In this document: positions 30,146 through 41,821 of the stretch, one piece after another
Position numbering within the stretch: the stretch's first letter is position 1
Layout of the letters: each line of letters opens with the position of its first letter
Assembly (NCBI GenBank): GCA_025455685.1
Contig: JALOMB010000003.1
Coordinates: 1 to 59,731 of the forward strand
Source of the DNA: Chitinophagales bacterium
Lineage (GTDB): Bacteria; Bacteroidota; Bacteroidia; Chitinophagales; JADJOU01
Direction: 5' to 3'
Length of the DNA: 59,731 nucleotides
Notes under the pieces: model-generated
What the model was told of the DNA's origin: nothing
What the model saw: only the letters and a program-made list of their open reading frames with translations
Databases searched by the model: none
Made by a program: the position numbers and the translations under genes

Positions 30146-33100
30146 ATGGCAGGTTATAATAAAAATAACAAACAAAAAACAGATTTTACTTCTATTACTT
30201 TGACTCTGGCTTCTCCAGATACTATCAAAGATAATTCTTATGGTGAAATCACAAAACCTGAAACGATAAATTATCGTACATATAAGCCCGAAAGAGACGG
30301 TTTATTTTGTGAAAAAGTCTTTGGACCCGTAAAAGATTATGAATGTTTCTGTGGTAAATATAAAAGAATCCGATACAAAGGCACTATCTGTGATCGATGT
30401 GGCGTAGAAGTCACTGAAAAGAAAGTAAGACGTGAACGTATGGGGCATATTCAACTTGTCGTACCTGTCGTTCATATTTGGTATTTCAAATCATCTCCAA
30501 ATAAAATAAGCTACCTTTTAGGTTTGAGCACTAAGAATTTACATTCTATTATTTATTATGAAAAATATGTCATTATCCAGCCAGGTATAGCCGCAGAGGA
30601 TATTACAGTGACTAATGCAAAAGGAGAACAAGAAATTAAAAGATTTGAAAAATATCAATTGATCACCGAGGAAGAGTATATGGAGGTAATTTCTGCGGAA
30701 GAAATGTCTAATAATAAATTACTCGACAATAAAGACCCTAATAAATTCATTGCTAAAATGGGTGGTGAAGCTATCAAAGATTTATTGAGTCTTATTAATT
30801 TAGATGATTTATCATATGCACTGAGAAATCAAGCGCAAAATGAATCTTCGAGACAGCGAAAACAAGAAGCTTTAAAGAGACTTAGTGTCGTAGAAGCTTT
30901 TCGTGAAGCCAATATGAAATTAATTAATCGTCCTGAATGGATGGTCGTAGATTTATTGCCTGTCGTACCACCTGAGCTTAGACCCTTGGTTCCTTTGGAT
31001 GGAGGTAGATTTGCTTCATCAGATCTAAACGATTTATATCGTAGAGTTATCATTAGAAATAATCGATTGAAGCGTTTAATGGAAATCAAAGCCCCAGAAG
31101 TAATTCTTAGAAACGAAAAAAGAATGCTACAAGAAGCCGTGGATTCTTTGTTTGATAATTCCAAAAAAGCTAATTCAGTTAAGTCAGAAGGAGGCAGAGT
31201 GCTAAAATCTATTTCAGATTCACTCAAAGGAAAACAAGGTAGATTTAGACAGAACCTACTCGGTAAAAGGGTTGATTATTCTGGTCGATCGGTCATTGTC
31301 GTAGGACCAACATTAAAGATGCATGAGTGTGGTTTGCCAAAAGATATGGCAGCTGAATTGTTTAAACCATTTATCATTCGCAAACTCATCGAAAGAGGTA
31401 TCGTTAGAACCGTAAAATCAGCTAAAAAGCTTGTAGAACGAAAAGATGCTGTTATTTGGGATATCTTAGAAAATATTCTCAAAGGACATCCTGTAATGCT
31501 CAATAGAGCTCCTACCCTTCATAGATTGTCGATACAGGCTTTTATGCCTAAACTCGTCGAAGGAAAAGCGATAAGACTTCACCCTTTAGTTACTACTGCC
31601 TTTAATGCGGACTTCGATGGGGATCAAATGGCCGTTCACGTGCCTTTGACCAATGAAGCGATATTAGAAGCGCAGCTCCTTATGCTTAGCTCTCACAATA
31701 TCCTTAACCCCCAAAATGGATCTCCGATTACCTTACCTTCACAAGACATGGTGCTTGGTCTTTACTATATGACCAAGATCAAACGTTCGACTCCAGAAGA
31801 AAAAGTCAAAGGCGAAGGAATGACTTTTTACGATGTAGAGGAAGTAATCATAGCCTATAACGAAGGAAAATTAGATCTACATGCTCTGATAAAAGTTAAA
31901 GTTAAGGTATTAGAAAATGAAACTTTGGTCGATAAAATTGTTGAGACCTCTGCTGGAAGATGTATGGCTAATCGATATATGCCAAAAGAAATTGGATTTA
32001 TCAATGAACTACTCTCCAAAAAAGCTTTAAAAGAAGTTATTTCGACAATTATTGAAAAAATTTCAGTCAAAAAAACAGCGGAATTCCTTGATGGAATCAA
32101 AGAACTTGGTTTTACCATGGCTTTCAAAGGCGGATTATCGTTCAATATCGAAGATATTTTAATGCCAGAAATCAAAGCAAAAGAAGTTGAAAGAGCTACC
32201 GAAGAGGTTTTGAATATTAATCAAAATTACGCAGAAGGATATATTACAGACAGAGAGCGCTATAATCAAGTTGTAGACACTTGGGAACGAATGGATACAG
32301 CCATCACCAAAGATCTAATGACCCGTTTGGAAAAGGATAGACAAGGCTTTAACTCCATTTATATGATGATTGATTCGAGTGCTAGGGGTTCTAAATCTCA
32401 GATCAAACAGCTTGGAGGGGTTAGAGGACTTATGAATAAACCTAAAAAATCAGGATCAAACTCAGAACAAGATGTCGTAGAAAACCCAATTTTATCTTCT
32501 TTAAAAGAAGGTTTGACCGCTTGGGAATACTTCATATCTACCCACGGTGCCAGAAAAGGTATGGCGGATACTGCCCTCAAAACTGCTGACGCTGGTTATC
32601 TTACCAGAAGATTGGTCGATGTTGCACAGAGTTTAGTTATTTTCGAAGAAGATTGTAAAACTCTTAGAGGTGTCGAAATGACTAATTTCTCTGTTGATGG
32701 TCAAGAAGTAGAGTCTCTTGCAGATAGGATTGTAGGTCGTACATCACTTCATGATGTTTATTCCAATTTAGATGATAGTTTGCTGATCAAAGCAGGACAG
32801 GAAATTTCTATGGATATGGCTCGTAAGCTAAAAGACCATCAGATAGAAGCTATAGAAATTCGTTCAGTTCTTACTTGTGAAGCAGAAGTAGGGGTGTGTG
32901 TCAAATGTTATGGAAGAAATCTAGCGACAAATCGTATGAGTGAAATCGGGGATGCAATTGGCGTTATTGCTGCTCAGTCTATTGGAGAGCCTGGAACACA
33001 GCTTACTTTGAGAACTTTCCACGCCGGTGGTATCGCCTCATTCACTTCTACTTCAAATGAATTAAGAGCTAAATTTGATGGTATTATTAAATTTGATGGC

Positions 33101-34432
33101 CTTAGATATATTGACGCCGAGACCGAAGACAAGACTAAAAAAATGATTGTAATCGGTCGTACTGGTGAAATGAAACTACTCAAAAAGGCTGATGAAAAAC
33201 CAATTCAAAATGCATATATCCCTTATGGTGCTACTTTACTTATTACAGATGGTACAGAAGTCAAAAAAGATGATATAATTTGTACTTGGGACCCTTTTAA
33301 TAATCTCATAATAGCTGAATCTGACGGTACGGTAGTTTATGATGGAATAATCCAAAATGTGACCTACAAAGAAGATATCGTAGAACAAACAGGTAACGTA
33401 GAGAAATTTATCATTGAATCTAGAAATAAGGCTATTATTCCTTCTATTATAATCGAAGGTAATGATGGACAGAAATCTTATACTATTCCTGTAGGAGCCA
33501 ACTTAAATGTAAAAGATAAACAAAAAATTAAAAAAGGTCAAATACTTGCCAAAATCCCTAGAATTATCGGAAAATCTGGTGATATCACTGGTGGTTTACC
33601 GAGAGTTACAGAGCTTTTTGAGGCGAGAAATCCTTTGAATCCAGCAAAAATTGCTGAAATTGATGGTGTTGTTTCTTTTGGAGGTATCAAAAGAGGAAAT
33701 CGTGAAATCAGCATAATGCCTGAACATGGTGAACCAAGGAAATATCTTATACCGCTTTCTAGCCAAATACTTGTACAAGAGCAAGATTATGTTCGCTCCG
33801 GTACGCCACTTCACGATGGTGCCATAGCATTAAATGATATTTTGAAAATCAAAGGTGTTTTTGCTGTGCAGCAGTATTTAGTCAATGAGGTTCAGGAAGT
33901 TTATCGAAGACAGTCTGTGAAAATCAACGACAAACATATTGAAGTCATTGTCAAGCAAATGATGAGCAAATTAGTAATTGATGATCCTGGAGACACCTCT
34001 TTCTTAGAAGGAGATTCTGTCACCAAAACCGAATTTATCAAAGAAAATGATTACATATTTGATAAAAAAGTAGTCTTAGATGCTGGGGCTAGTGAAGTTT
34101 ATAAAGCAGGACAAATTATTACCTTGAGACAATATCGTGAAGAGCGCTCTAATCTAATGCGTCAAGATAAAAAAGAGCTTGTCGTTAGAGATGCTATTCC
34201 GGCTACTGGAAGTCCTCTATTAGAAGGGATTACACGTACATCCTCGAATAGAGAAAGCTGGATTTCAGCAGCATCCTTCCAAGAAACGACCAAAGTCCTC
34301 TCTGCGGCATCAATTGCTGCGAAGTCAGATTATTTATTGGGACTAAAAGAAAACGTCATCGTTGGTCATCCAATCCCAGCGGGTACTGGTTTTAGGAAGT
34401 TTAATGATTTGATCGTAACGAAAAAAGTCTAA
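30146..34432 (+). CDS. rpoC: RNA polymerase beta' subunit
   Basis: NADFDGD active site, zinc-finger Cys, [16 protein letters not shown]. Confidence 0.99.
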   Translation: MAGYNKNNKQKTDFTSITLTLASPDTIKDNSYGEITKPETINYRTYKPERDGLFCEKVFGPVKDYECFCGKYKRIRYKGTICDRCGVEVTEKKVRRERMGHIQLVVPVVHIWYFKSSPNKISYLLGLSTKNLHSIIYYEKYVIIQPGIAAEDITVTNAKGEQEIKRFEKYQLITEEEYMEVISAEEMSNNKLLDNKDPNKFIAKMGGEAIKDLLSLINLDDLSYALRNQAQNESSRQRKQEALKRLSVVEAFREANMKLINRPEWMVVDLLPVVPPELRPLVPLDGGRFASSDLNDLYRRVIIRNNRLKRLMEIKAPEVILRNEKRMLQEAVDSLFDNSKKANSVKSEGGRVLKSISDSLKGKQGRFRQNLLGKRVDYSGRSVIVVGPTLKMHECGLPKDMAAELFKPFIIRKLIERGIVRTVKSAKKLVERKDAVIWDILENILKGHPVMLNRAPTLHRLSIQAFMPKLVEGKAIRLHPLVTTAFNADFDGDQMAVHVPLTNEAILEAQLLMLSSHNILNPQNGSPITLPSQDMVLGLYYMTKIKRSTPEEKVKGEGMTFYDVEEVIIAYNEGKLDLHALIKVKVKVLENETLVDKIVETSAGRCMANRYMPKEIGFINELLSKKALKEVISTIIEKISVKKTAEFLDGIKELGFTMAFKGGLSFNIEDILMPEIKAKEVERATEEVLNINQNYAEGYITDRERYNQVVDTWERMDTAITKDLMTRLEKDRQGFNSIYMMIDSSARGSKSQIKQLGGVRGLMNKPKKSGSNSEQDVVENPILSSLKEGLTAWEYFISTHGARKGMADTALKTADAGYLTRRLVDVAQSLVIFEEDCKTLRGVEMTNFSVDGQEVESLADRIVGRTSLHDVYSNLDDSLLIKAGQEISMDMARKLKDHQIEAIEIRSVLTCEAEVGVCVKCYGRNLATNRMSEIGDAIGVIAAQSIGEPGTQLTLRTFHAGGIASFTSTSNELRAKFDGIIKFDGLRYIDAETEDKTKKMIVIGRTGEMKLLKKADEKPIQNAYIPYGATLLITDGTEVKKDDIICTWDPFNNLIIAESDGTVVYDGIIQNVTYKEDIVEQTGNVEKFIIESRNKAIIPSIIIEGNDGQKSYTIPVGANLNVKDKQKIKKGQILAKIPRIIGKSGDITGGLPRVTELFEARNPLNPAKIAEIDGVVSFGGIKRGNREISIMPEHGEPRKYLIPLSSQILVQEQDYVRSGTPLHDGAIALNDILKIKGVFAVQQYLVNEVQEVYRRQSVKINDKHIEVIVKQMMSKLVIDDPGDTSFLEGDSVTKTEFIKENDYIFDKKVVLDAGASEVYKAGQIITLRQYREERSNLMRQDKKELVVRDAIPATGSPLLEGITRTSSNRESWISAASFQETTKVLSAASIAAKSDYLLGLKENVIVGHPIPAGTGFRKFNDLIVTKKV

Positions 34433-34460
34433 TTCTTTCTTAAATTTTTTAGCCTAAATC

Positions 34461-34495
34461 AAAAATGCCCTTAAGAAATTAGGGGCATTTTTTTT
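34461..34495. terminator. bidirectional intrinsic terminator after rpoC
   Basis: AAAAATGCCCTTAA-gaaa-TTAGGGGCATTTTTTTT. Confidence 0.9.
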
Positions 34496-34859
34496 GTTTA
34501 GAAATCCACTTACTGCATCTACTGAACTTGCAGGATATATAGAAATATGGACATGTCAAAAGTAACTAAATTGGGTAAAGTATTTTTGGTTAAAATTTAT
34601 ATAATATTTGAAACAGAAGTTGTCAATCGATTATTCGATAAAACATGTTTACTTTGAGAAAAATCAAATGAAGCGAAAGGATGGATAAAAAATATCGTGA
34701 ATCGTGTTGATTCAGTTATCAAGAATGAATTAACATGTAATTTAAACCTAAAATCCCTTTTTGAACCTACGGATACCAAAAACCCACAACTACTCAAGCA
34801 ATTTTTACCCGCTTTAACCACATGGAACAAACTGCGCTCAGTCAAAAAGATACTTTCTA

Positions 34860-35411
34860 CTACAATTTAAATCCATACACTATCTTAGGCCATGGGACAA
34901 TAGTAGAATTAGAGAATAAATTAAAGTCAGCCATTAAATCTAACCCAAAAGTTAAAAATGACTTGGAATGCTTTTTCAATACATTATAACCAAATCCTAA
35001 ATGAAGCCATGGCGTTACTTCTAATCTTTTTATGTTTATCGACGAAGCATATGTTCTCGGTATCATCATCAAACTAACACCAAAAGAAAAAGTAGATTTT
35101 CCACGCAAAATCGAATGCGGAGAATATAATAATGCTAGACTTGGCGTGTACATCATAGTGACATCTTCCATAGGACTAATGCCAAAAGTATCCGATAAAT
35201 CTAAATATAGATTTCCAGAACCTATAGGAGCTATGCCCATACCAAGCCGAAAACCCAACTGAGATGAGTCTTTTAGGCTAAATTTCGACCCAAACCCAAA
35301 AGAATATATCAAACTGTGACCACCTAATTGGATATCGAGATTGTTCTCTATATCCTGACTGTGAAGCATCCCAATGAATATGAGACTAATTGCTAAGACA
35401 ATTTTTTTCAT
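34860..35411 (-). CDS. hypothetical exported protein, probable small outer-membrane beta-barrel
   Basis: Signal peptide, alternating beta-strands, C-terminal PWPKIVYGFKL. Confidence 0.7.
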   Translation of the reverse strand: MKKIVLAISLIFIGMLHSQDIENNLDIQLGGHSLIYSFGFGSKFSLKDSSQLGFRLGMGIAPIGSGNLYLDLSDTFGISPMEDVTMMYTPSLALLYSPHSILRGKSTFSFGVSLMMIPRTYASSINIKRLEVTPWLHLGFGYNVLKKHSKSFLTFGLDLMADFNLFSNSTIVPWPKIVYGFKL

Positions 35412-35540
35412 ATATTTGAATTCTAGTAAAGTTACGTAAAATACATTTCGATATTTTAACTTAGAGCAATAGCTTTATGACTAAACAAATTAGCAATGCC
35501 AGATTTTGTTAAAATATATAAGTCTTCATTTAAAAAAGAT

Positions 35541-35548
35541 TATCTTTG
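35541..35548 (+). promoter_or_regulatory. sigma-A -7 element for the TPMT-crp operon
   Basis: TATCTTTG 17 nt before the ATG. Confidence 0.55.
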
Positions 35549-35565
35549 TACTAAACTAAAGATAT

Positions 35566-36147
35566 ATGACTTTCTCTAAAGAGTTTTGGGAAGAGAAATG
35601 GTTAAGCAAATCTACAGGATGGGATATAGGCTATGCTTCGCCTGCTTTGACACATTTTATCGATAGGCTAGAATATAGACAGCTTAAAATTTTAATTCCT
35701 GGTTGTGGTAATGCTTATGAAGCTGAATACCTAAATCAAAATGGATTTACAGATATTACTTTGATAGACATAGCGCCTGAAGCTATTAAGCATTTAAACC
35801 ATAAATTTCAAAACAATCCCAATATTAGAATCATTGAGATCGATTTCTTTGACCATGTCGAGAAATACGACCTTATCTTAGAGCAAACTTTTTTCTGTGC
35901 TTTATCGCCTGTGCTTAGATCTGATTATGTATTCAAAATGAAAGAATTGCTTCATAGCTCTGGCGAACTTGCAGGGTTGTTATTTAATCGTGACTTTGAT
36001 GGTGGACCTCCTTTTGGGGGACATATAGATGCTTATCGAAATTTGTTTTCACAAAGTTTTGATATTTTGTCTATGGAACCCACTGATTTCTCTATTCCTG
36101 AGCGAAAAGGTTCAGAAGTATTTTTCCATTGTAAGTTAAAACCATAA
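35566..36147 (+). CDS. thiopurine S-methyltransferase (TPMT) family SAM methyltransferase
   Basis: TGWDIG, ILIPGCG, YDLILEQTFFCAL, GPPFGG. Confidence 0.92.
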   Translation: MTFSKEFWEEKWLSKSTGWDIGYASPALTHFIDRLEYRQLKILIPGCGNAYEAEYLNQNGFTDITLIDIAPEAIKHLNHKFQNNPNIRIIEIDFFDHVEKYDLILEQTFFCALSPVLRSDYVFKMKELLHSSGELAGLLFNRDFDGGPPFGGHIDAYRNLFSQSFDILSMEPTDFSIPERKGSEVFFHCKLKP

Positions 36148-36152
36148 TTTCT

Positions 36153-36767
36153 ATGAATGAAATACCGAATGTCGTATTCTCACAGCCATTAAAACAAGAG
36201 ATTTTTAATATAGGCATACAAAAAGAATTTGCAAAAGATACCATAATCCAAGATATAAATCATAATGTACGAGGATTTCCTTTGATGTTATCAGGCTTGG
36301 TCAAAGTTTTTCGCATTGATGAGCATGGCAAGGAAATTCTGCTTTATTACCTTCAACCAGGAGAGAGTTGTGTGCTTTGTTTTATCACTTGTCTCAAAAA
36401 AGAAAAAAGTAGAATTAAAGCTATTGCTGAGCAAGACAGTAATTTGATTTTTATTCCTTCAGAATACATAGATACGCTTTTAAGAAAATATCCTGAGTTA
36501 ATGTATTATTTCTTTCATCAATATCATTCTAGAATGGAAGAGTTTATAGATTTAGTTGAAAATTATGCGTTCAAGAATACTGAAGAAAGAATTCTGGATT
36601 TCATAATCAACAAATCCAAAAAATCTCATAGTCAAACCTTAGAGACTTCACATGAACAATTAGCTAAGGAGCTCGGTACTTCTAGAGTTGTCGTATCTCG
36701 TTTATTAAAAAAGCTAGAGGAAGAAAAAAGAATTTCACTAAGTAGAAATAAGATTATATTGAATTGA
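36153..36767 (+). CDS. Crp/Fnr family transcriptional regulator
   Basis: GKEILLYYLQPGESC cNMP-binding fold; HTH HEQLAKELGTSRVVVSRLLK. Confidence 0.93.
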   Translation: MNEIPNVVFSQPLKQEIFNIGIQKEFAKDTIIQDINHNVRGFPLMLSGLVKVFRIDEHGKEILLYYLQPGESCVLCFITCLKKEKSRIKAIAEQDSNLIFIPSEYIDTLLRKYPELMYYFFHQYHSRMEEFIDLVENYAFKNTEERILDFIINKSKKSHSQTLETSHEQLAKELGTSRVVVSRLLKKLEEEKRISLSRNKIILN

Positions 36768-36770
36768 TTA

Positions 36771-37826
36771 TCACAAATCTATGCTCATACTAGCTGTTAA
36801 GGTTAGGTTGCGATTACCATATTGAGGTATTTCATTGAGAAATAGATAGTACTTAGGTTCGAATCGAAAAGTAATATGCTGATTAAATTTATAATCGACA
36901 TTTGTAGACAAACCAACTGCTTCTAAACCATTTGCGCCTCTATTTACAAAGGAGTAATTTACTTGATAAGGGTCGCTATAATATTCTGCTCTTAGAGATA
37001 ACTCAAATTGTTTATGAAGTAATTTATGATAAATAATCGTGGGAGAATACCAAAATCGATAAACACTATCCCAAGCTCTATCTTGCCCTAAGTCTAAGCC
37101 CAAAATTATTTGTCCTTTTTTTTCTGTACCTATTTGAGCAAAAAGGTTATGAAAATGTCTAAACCATTTTGGTTGATTAGGATTAGCGAAACCAAGAAAA
37201 TTACTATAATTTATCTTGAAATTGTCGTTTGGTTTGTAGGTTATTTGCATCCCGAAATTTGGATATTGCATTCCGGGCAATTTATCAATCCTTTGCCAAC
37301 CATTGAGATATAATAAGGCAATATATAATTTCTCTTGAGGTGAGGTATAGTTTAATCTCAATCCTGATTCATAATAAGGAGATAACTCAGAACATAAACT
37401 CCTTGTCAGCGTAGCATTCGAAGTGCCTATTACACTTTCAAAGCCTAAATGAGATTCGAAGATACCTAAATCGAGCCAAAGATTATGCTTTTTAGATAAT
37501 TTTACGCCTATATTCGCTTGATAAATAAACTGTGCCCATTGCGGTTCAGAACCTAAATTATAAGTGACATAATTTCCCAACATCAAACCAAGATTAGCAC
37601 GGAATTTTTCCTCTTGATATTTGCCTTGGACTAAAATCAAGTTAGGTCCAATTTCGTTATGTTTCGAATAATTCACTAAAAAATTTGGCTTTTCGTGATT
37701 TTCAGGTTGATTCATATCAAAGGAATAGTAAAACTCTCCGTGAGCTTCTAAAGTTAGTTTTCCCCCTAGGAATTGACCAAAAACTAAAAAAGGGAAACCT
37801 AGAAATAGCAACACAATGTTTTTCAT
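36771..37826 (-). CDS. putative beta-barrel porin (porin-2/OmpL-like family)
   Basis: Signal peptide, YYSFD.N.P, GIFESHLGFES, SELSPYYESG, LRAEYYSD. Confidence 0.82.
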   Translation of the reverse strand: MKNIVLLFLGFPFLVFGQFLGGKLTLEAHGEFYYSFDMNQPENHEKPNFLVNYSKHNEIGPNLILVQGKYQEEKFRANLGLMLGNYVTYNLGSEPQWAQFIYQANIGVKLSKKHNLWLDLGIFESHLGFESVIGTSNATLTRSLCSELSPYYESGLRLNYTSPQEKLYIALLYLNGWQRIDKLPGMQYPNFGMQITYKPNDNFKINYSNFLGFANPNQPKWFRHFHNLFAQIGTEKKGQIILGLDLGQDRAWDSVYRFWYSPTIIYHKLLHKQFELSLRAEYYSDPYQVNYSFVNRGANGLEAVGLSTNVDYKFNQHITFRFEPKYYLFLNEIPQYGNRNLTLTASMSIDL

Positions 37827-37831
37827 TGTTT

Positions 37832-39853
37832 CTATTTTATATCCTCCATAAATAATGACCTTACGCCATTAGTTTGTTTAATTATTTTTGCTTCTCGAGC
37901 GCCTTTTTGACGTACAGATTTACACATACTAATTGCAAAATTCAAACTTCTAGTACGCCCAATATAATAAACATATTCATCATTTTCATAAAACACTTCG
38001 TAATTTTTCATATAAGGCAAAGCAGTGATATTGATTTCTTTAAGATGCTTGGAGCGGAAGACTTCTATTAAAAAAAACTCGTCTATTTCTCTATAAGGTG
38101 TGTTTTCGTTGTTGTCATCACCTTCAGCGTCTGTTTCATGGAAAACGCCTTGTTTAATTTTCATTTTGGGGTTATTGGCAATAGTTTTTCCTTCAAATCT
38201 CGTATCAATTTTTTTGTCAAACTTATTAATATTAGCCATTCTCGCCATAAAAATACTGTCCTTTTTTCTTGCACTATCCATCTTGGCTTTTTTAAGCATT
38301 GCCTTAATGGTAGCGAAGGTATCTTCGACATAAAATCGCCTCATATATTCATCTATAGAGTCTTTTACGCGTTGCTCTTCAGGTGTCAGGATAATTCTTT
38401 TTTTACGTTCCTTTGTAAAAGTTTGTGCTCTAGGGTCAATACATACAAGATCTTTAGTTTCATAGCCATCATCAAATTTCTTTAGAATTCTTCCTGATTT
38501 ATCATCTCGTTTGACACTGTAGCTATTTGCTGGTGCATAAACGGCCAAATCATCATCATAAGCAATTTCGTAAGGCTGTGTCTTAGGACTCTGTCCAAAA
38601 AAATCTTTGAAATTTTCATGAGCCTCTGCGATAAGTATTTTATTGGATTTTTCTTGCTCGGCTACAATAGTTTTTCTCATGAATGATGAAAATTCTACAG
38701 CATCTACAGCATTATCCGTAAAATTATAATGCAATTCTTCTAATTTATTAAAAAAAGCATATCTCAGATCTGTTAAAGCAGTTTTCATATCTCCATATTG
38801 GAGATAATTTGGTTGAATATCCTTGATATGCCGCTCATCGACATTGTTTATAGGCAATACAGCGTAGTTCTTATGATCTATCAATGTCCAAACGGGAATA
38901 AATCCCATATCATGTAGGTTAATTTTCTTGCTTACTTTATCTTTTTTCAAAACGATTTCAATAATAGATGATTTGTTGAGTGACCTTTCGTTTTTTGATG
39001 CGTTGAGCTGTCCGATTTGCTCTATAAATATTTTTTTATTGCCTTCGTCCAAATCCAATAAGTCAGCTTTGGTGAAGGCTTCAGCACCTGTACCTACTAA
39101 CACATCTACCCCTAGATTGAAGAGCTCAACGGCAATTTCTAGTCGTTCATTTTCTAGAACACTTTCCCAATCAATATAAGTGATGAGATAGTCACTCAAC
39201 ATAGTTTTGGCTTTTTGAATGTCTTTTTCAATTTGTTTAAGGTCATATGGATTAGCCATACTATTGGTAAGGCTTTTGGCGTGCTTGTGCGTCGTATAGG
39301 ATAAGAAAGCCACTCTAATTCCCTTCTTTTCTAGGACTAAAGGATAGTTTATTCGTTTATCTATGGAATCAAAATAAAACCCAACTCTATGCCTATTGAG
39401 AATATCGAGTTTATCCGCTGATCTCTTCAGGATTTCTTTCTCAGGTTCGTGCTTGAGTGCACTACTGAGCATGAGTACATCGAAGCCACAATAGTCTAGC
39501 TCCCCCAAAAACTCGTCTGGAGCTCCATAGAAACTCTTGTATGCATATTTTTTGCCAGGAAATGTGGACGATGTAGAGCCTACTAATATGTCAGCATTGT
39601 GAAAAAGAGGCTTTAGCATTCTAAACCATTGTCTAAATCTCGAGTTTCCATCTTCAGATACCGCTTTTGCTTCGAGGTCTTGATGAAAAGTTAAATCGCC
39701 CGTTAAGAAAATTTTGATATAATCAAATACAGAGTCTTGGTGCAGTTTAATATCCAACTCATTAGAGGTATTACGCATATTGCGCTGTTCAAATTGAGCA
39801 TAACCAATAAATATTATGACTTGTAGTATTGAAAATGTAACAATTTTTTTCAT
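37832..39853 (-). CDS. CapA (PGA_cap)-like protein with degenerate metal site and C-terminal SPOR-like domain
   Basis: IFLTGD, GFDVL, GIRVAFLSYT, DIQKAK, GVDVLVG and GFIPVW follow the CapA fold order; C-terminal YYIG...GAREAKII. Confidence 0.72.
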   Translation of the reverse strand: MKKIVTFSILQVIIFIGYAQFEQRNMRNTSNELDIKLHQDSVFDYIKIFLTGDLTFHQDLEAKAVSEDGNSRFRQWFRMLKPLFHNADILVGSTSSTFPGKKYAYKSFYGAPDEFLGELDYCGFDVLMLSSALKHEPEKEILKRSADKLDILNRHRVGFYFDSIDKRINYPLVLEKKGIRVAFLSYTTHKHAKSLTNSMANPYDLKQIEKDIQKAKTMLSDYLITYIDWESVLENERLEIAVELFNLGVDVLVGTGAEAFTKADLLDLDEGNKKIFIEQIGQLNASKNERSLNKSSIIEIVLKKDKVSKKINLHDMGFIPVWTLIDHKNYAVLPINNVDERHIKDIQPNYLQYGDMKTALTDLRYAFFNKLEELHYNFTDNAVDAVEFSSFMRKTIVAEQEKSNKILIAEAHENFKDFFGQSPKTQPYEIAYDDDLAVYAPANSYSVKRDDKSGRILKKFDDGYETKDLVCIDPRAQTFTKERKKRIILTPEEQRVKDSIDEYMRRFYVEDTFATIKAMLKKAKMDSARKKDSIFMARMANINKFDKKIDTRFEGKTIANNPKMKIKQGVFHETDAEGDDNNENTPYREIDEFFLIEVFRSKHLKEINITALPYMKNYEVFYENDEYVYYIGRTRSLNFAISMCKSVRQKGAREAKIIKQTNGVRSLFMEDIK

Positions 39854-39859
39854 ACTTTT

Positions 39860-40531
39860 TTACTGCTTCTTTTTATTATTCAAATAGGAATGTATTTCAT
39901 TATTATAATGTATTTTTGCACCTGACATGACTACAGAAGCGGTATTGAGAACATAATCGGCCAATCCTTTTGCAGGCATTCCTTTAATATGTGTTAACGG
40001 ACCTATAAATAAAAAGTTAAATATAGAAAAGAAAAACTTAAAAATAGATTCAAAAAAACGGAATTGCTCCCGCTTACCTAGCAAAATCCACGGCCGAAAA
40101 ATCGCAAGAGTAGGAAAATCCAAGGCTTTGAGCTCTTGTTCTATTTGTCCTTTGACTTTGAGATAATAAAATAGAGAGTTTTCATTTGCGCCTTTGCTAG
40201 AAATATAAAAAAACTTTTTAATTTTATTGTGTTTAGCAATTTTAGCAATGTTAAGGCAGTAGTTGTACTCTATATGAAAAAATTTTGCTTTAGATTTTGC
40301 TTGATTCATTGTCGTGCCAAGACAGTAATAAAGCTCATCTGCACTTATCATAGCCCAGTATTTATGAATATTTTCAAAATTGATAACTTCAGAGACTATT
40401 TTAGGATTGTCACTAGCTACATATCTGCGCGATAAAACTAATATTTTGGAGTATGCTGGATTTTCTTCTAGTTTTCTTAAGATTTCTTTTCCTACCAAAC
40501 CATTTGCACCGAATACTATCGCAGATTTCAT
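39860..40531 (-). CDS. NAD(P)H-binding oxidoreductase (YraR/TIP30-like)
   Basis: GANGLVG, CLGTT, ISSKGA, YLKVKG.IE, IFRP. Confidence 0.88.
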   Translation of the reverse strand: MKSAIVFGANGLVGKEILRKLEENPAYSKILVLSRRYVASDNPKIVSEVINFENIHKYWAMISADELYYCLGTTMNQAKSKAKFFHIEYNYCLNIAKIAKHNKIKKFFYISSKGANENSLFYYLKVKGQIEQELKALDFPTLAIFRPWILLGKREQFRFFESIFKFFFSIFNFLFIGPLTHIKGMPAKGLADYVLNTASVVMSGAKIHYNNEIHSYLNNKKKQ

Positions 40532-40651
40532 GATAAATTTATGTGATTTGAAATTAAATGTTGGTAAAAATAAGACTTTTGACTTTATAAACGCTAATTG
40601 GTTATTCAGACTGTATTCACATTGTATGAAAATTAAGACAGTAGGATGAAT

Positions 40652-41416
40652 TTATCGATCAATTTGATTTAAAATAGCTAAAATATAACCTACCTTAATT
40701 TTTGCTTCTATATATACGGGTATTCTTCTATGATCAGATGTAATGTATATTTTCATTGCATGATTGCTATCGAAGATCCGCCCTTTAACCAAATCTGGCT
40801 CTATAATAAAGCACGGATAGTCTATTCCTTCGATTAGAATCGTTTGCTGACCTCGATAGGTAAATCCTAGCATAAAGTTTTGATTGTCGATAAAGACAGG
40901 AAAGTTAATCGAATCTCCTATTTTCATTTGATCAAATGGCAAACTGCGACAATAATATATCGCTGTAACCATATCTTTTGTCATCGAATCTATAGGAAAT
41001 TCTAGGATTTGTCTAGGATTTTTTTTATCCTCTATATCACATTTGACTTTGAGCGAATCCATATCAAAATACAAATCATTCTTGATCCAAAAACCGCCTT
41101 CATTGACCCTTCTTATAAAATAATGCGGTTTATAGTCTAATGAAAACACACTTCCATACTCATCTCTTACTTTGTAAAATACATCAAAATATGTTGCCGT
41201 CTTCCCGTAAATTTTAGCAGAATACACTGATTTTTTGGAACTATCTATGGTTTTTTGAAGTTTGAAATCTACTTTGCCTGCTTTGACATAGGCTTCAGAA
41301 TATTTATAATACACAAAATAAGTCAAACTTTCACTTGAAGGCAAAGTGATTTGTGTCTTAGCACTAGAAATATAGCTACTAAAACACAAAAATAAAATCA
41401 ACCGATATGCTGACAT
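40652..41416 (-). CDS. DUF3108 domain protein
   Basis: ESLTY.VYY, FYKVRD.Y.S, R.VNEGG, RIPV; the signal peptide begins at ATG 41416. Confidence 0.82.
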   Translation of the reverse strand: MSAYRLILFLCFSSYISSAKTQITLPSSESLTYFVYYKYSEAYVKAGKVDFKLQKTIDSSKKSVYSAKIYGKTATYFDVFYKVRDEYGSVFSLDYKPHYFIRRVNEGGFWIKNDLYFDMDSLKVKCDIEDKKNPRQILEFPIDSMTKDMVTAIYYCRSLPFDQMKIGDSINFPVFIDNQNFMLGFTYRGQQTILIEGIDYPCFIIEPDLVKGRIFDSNHAMKIYITSDHRRIPVYIEAKIKVGYILAILNQIDR

Positions 41417-41799
41417 AGTTCGATCAAAACACCTTGTGTATCTTTGGGATGAAAGAAAATAACCCATTTATTATTGGCACCTTTTTTCGGTTCATCGCTC
41501 AAAGGCGTGAAGCCCTCAGATTTCAAACGTTCAATTTCTTTGTTTAAATCTGCTACTTCAAAAGCGACATGATGAATTCCTGCGCCTCTTTTGTCTAAAT
41601 GCTTCTGAATCGGGCTTTCGGGATGAGTCGCACTAAGCAATTCAATTTTGCTAGAAGCAGTCTGAAAGAAAGCAACTTCTACAGATTGACTTGTTACGAT
41701 TTCGGTCTTATCGACAGATTTATTGAGTATTTTAGTATATAAATCAATGGAAGCGGTTAAATCCGTTACGGCTATGCCGATATGGTCTAATTTCATCAT
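41398..41799 (-). CDS. mce: methylmalonyl-CoA epimerase
   Basis: DHIGIAV, KIELL, GIHHVAFEV, FFHPKDTQGVLIELCQ. Confidence 0.95.
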   Translation of the reverse strand: MMKLDHIGIAVTDLTASIDLYTKILNKSVDKTEIVTSQSVEVAFFQTASSKIELLSATHPESPIQKHLDKRGAGIHHVAFEVADLNKEIERLKSEGFTPLSDEPKKGANNKWVIFFHPKDTQGVLIELCQHIG

Positions 41800-41821
41800 A
41801 GTAAGTTAAGGGATAAATAGT

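Noticed and set aside
34597..34845. 82-aa minus-strand ORF
   Set aside because: TTG start and antisense-like composition; the plus-strand remnant reading looks more protein-like
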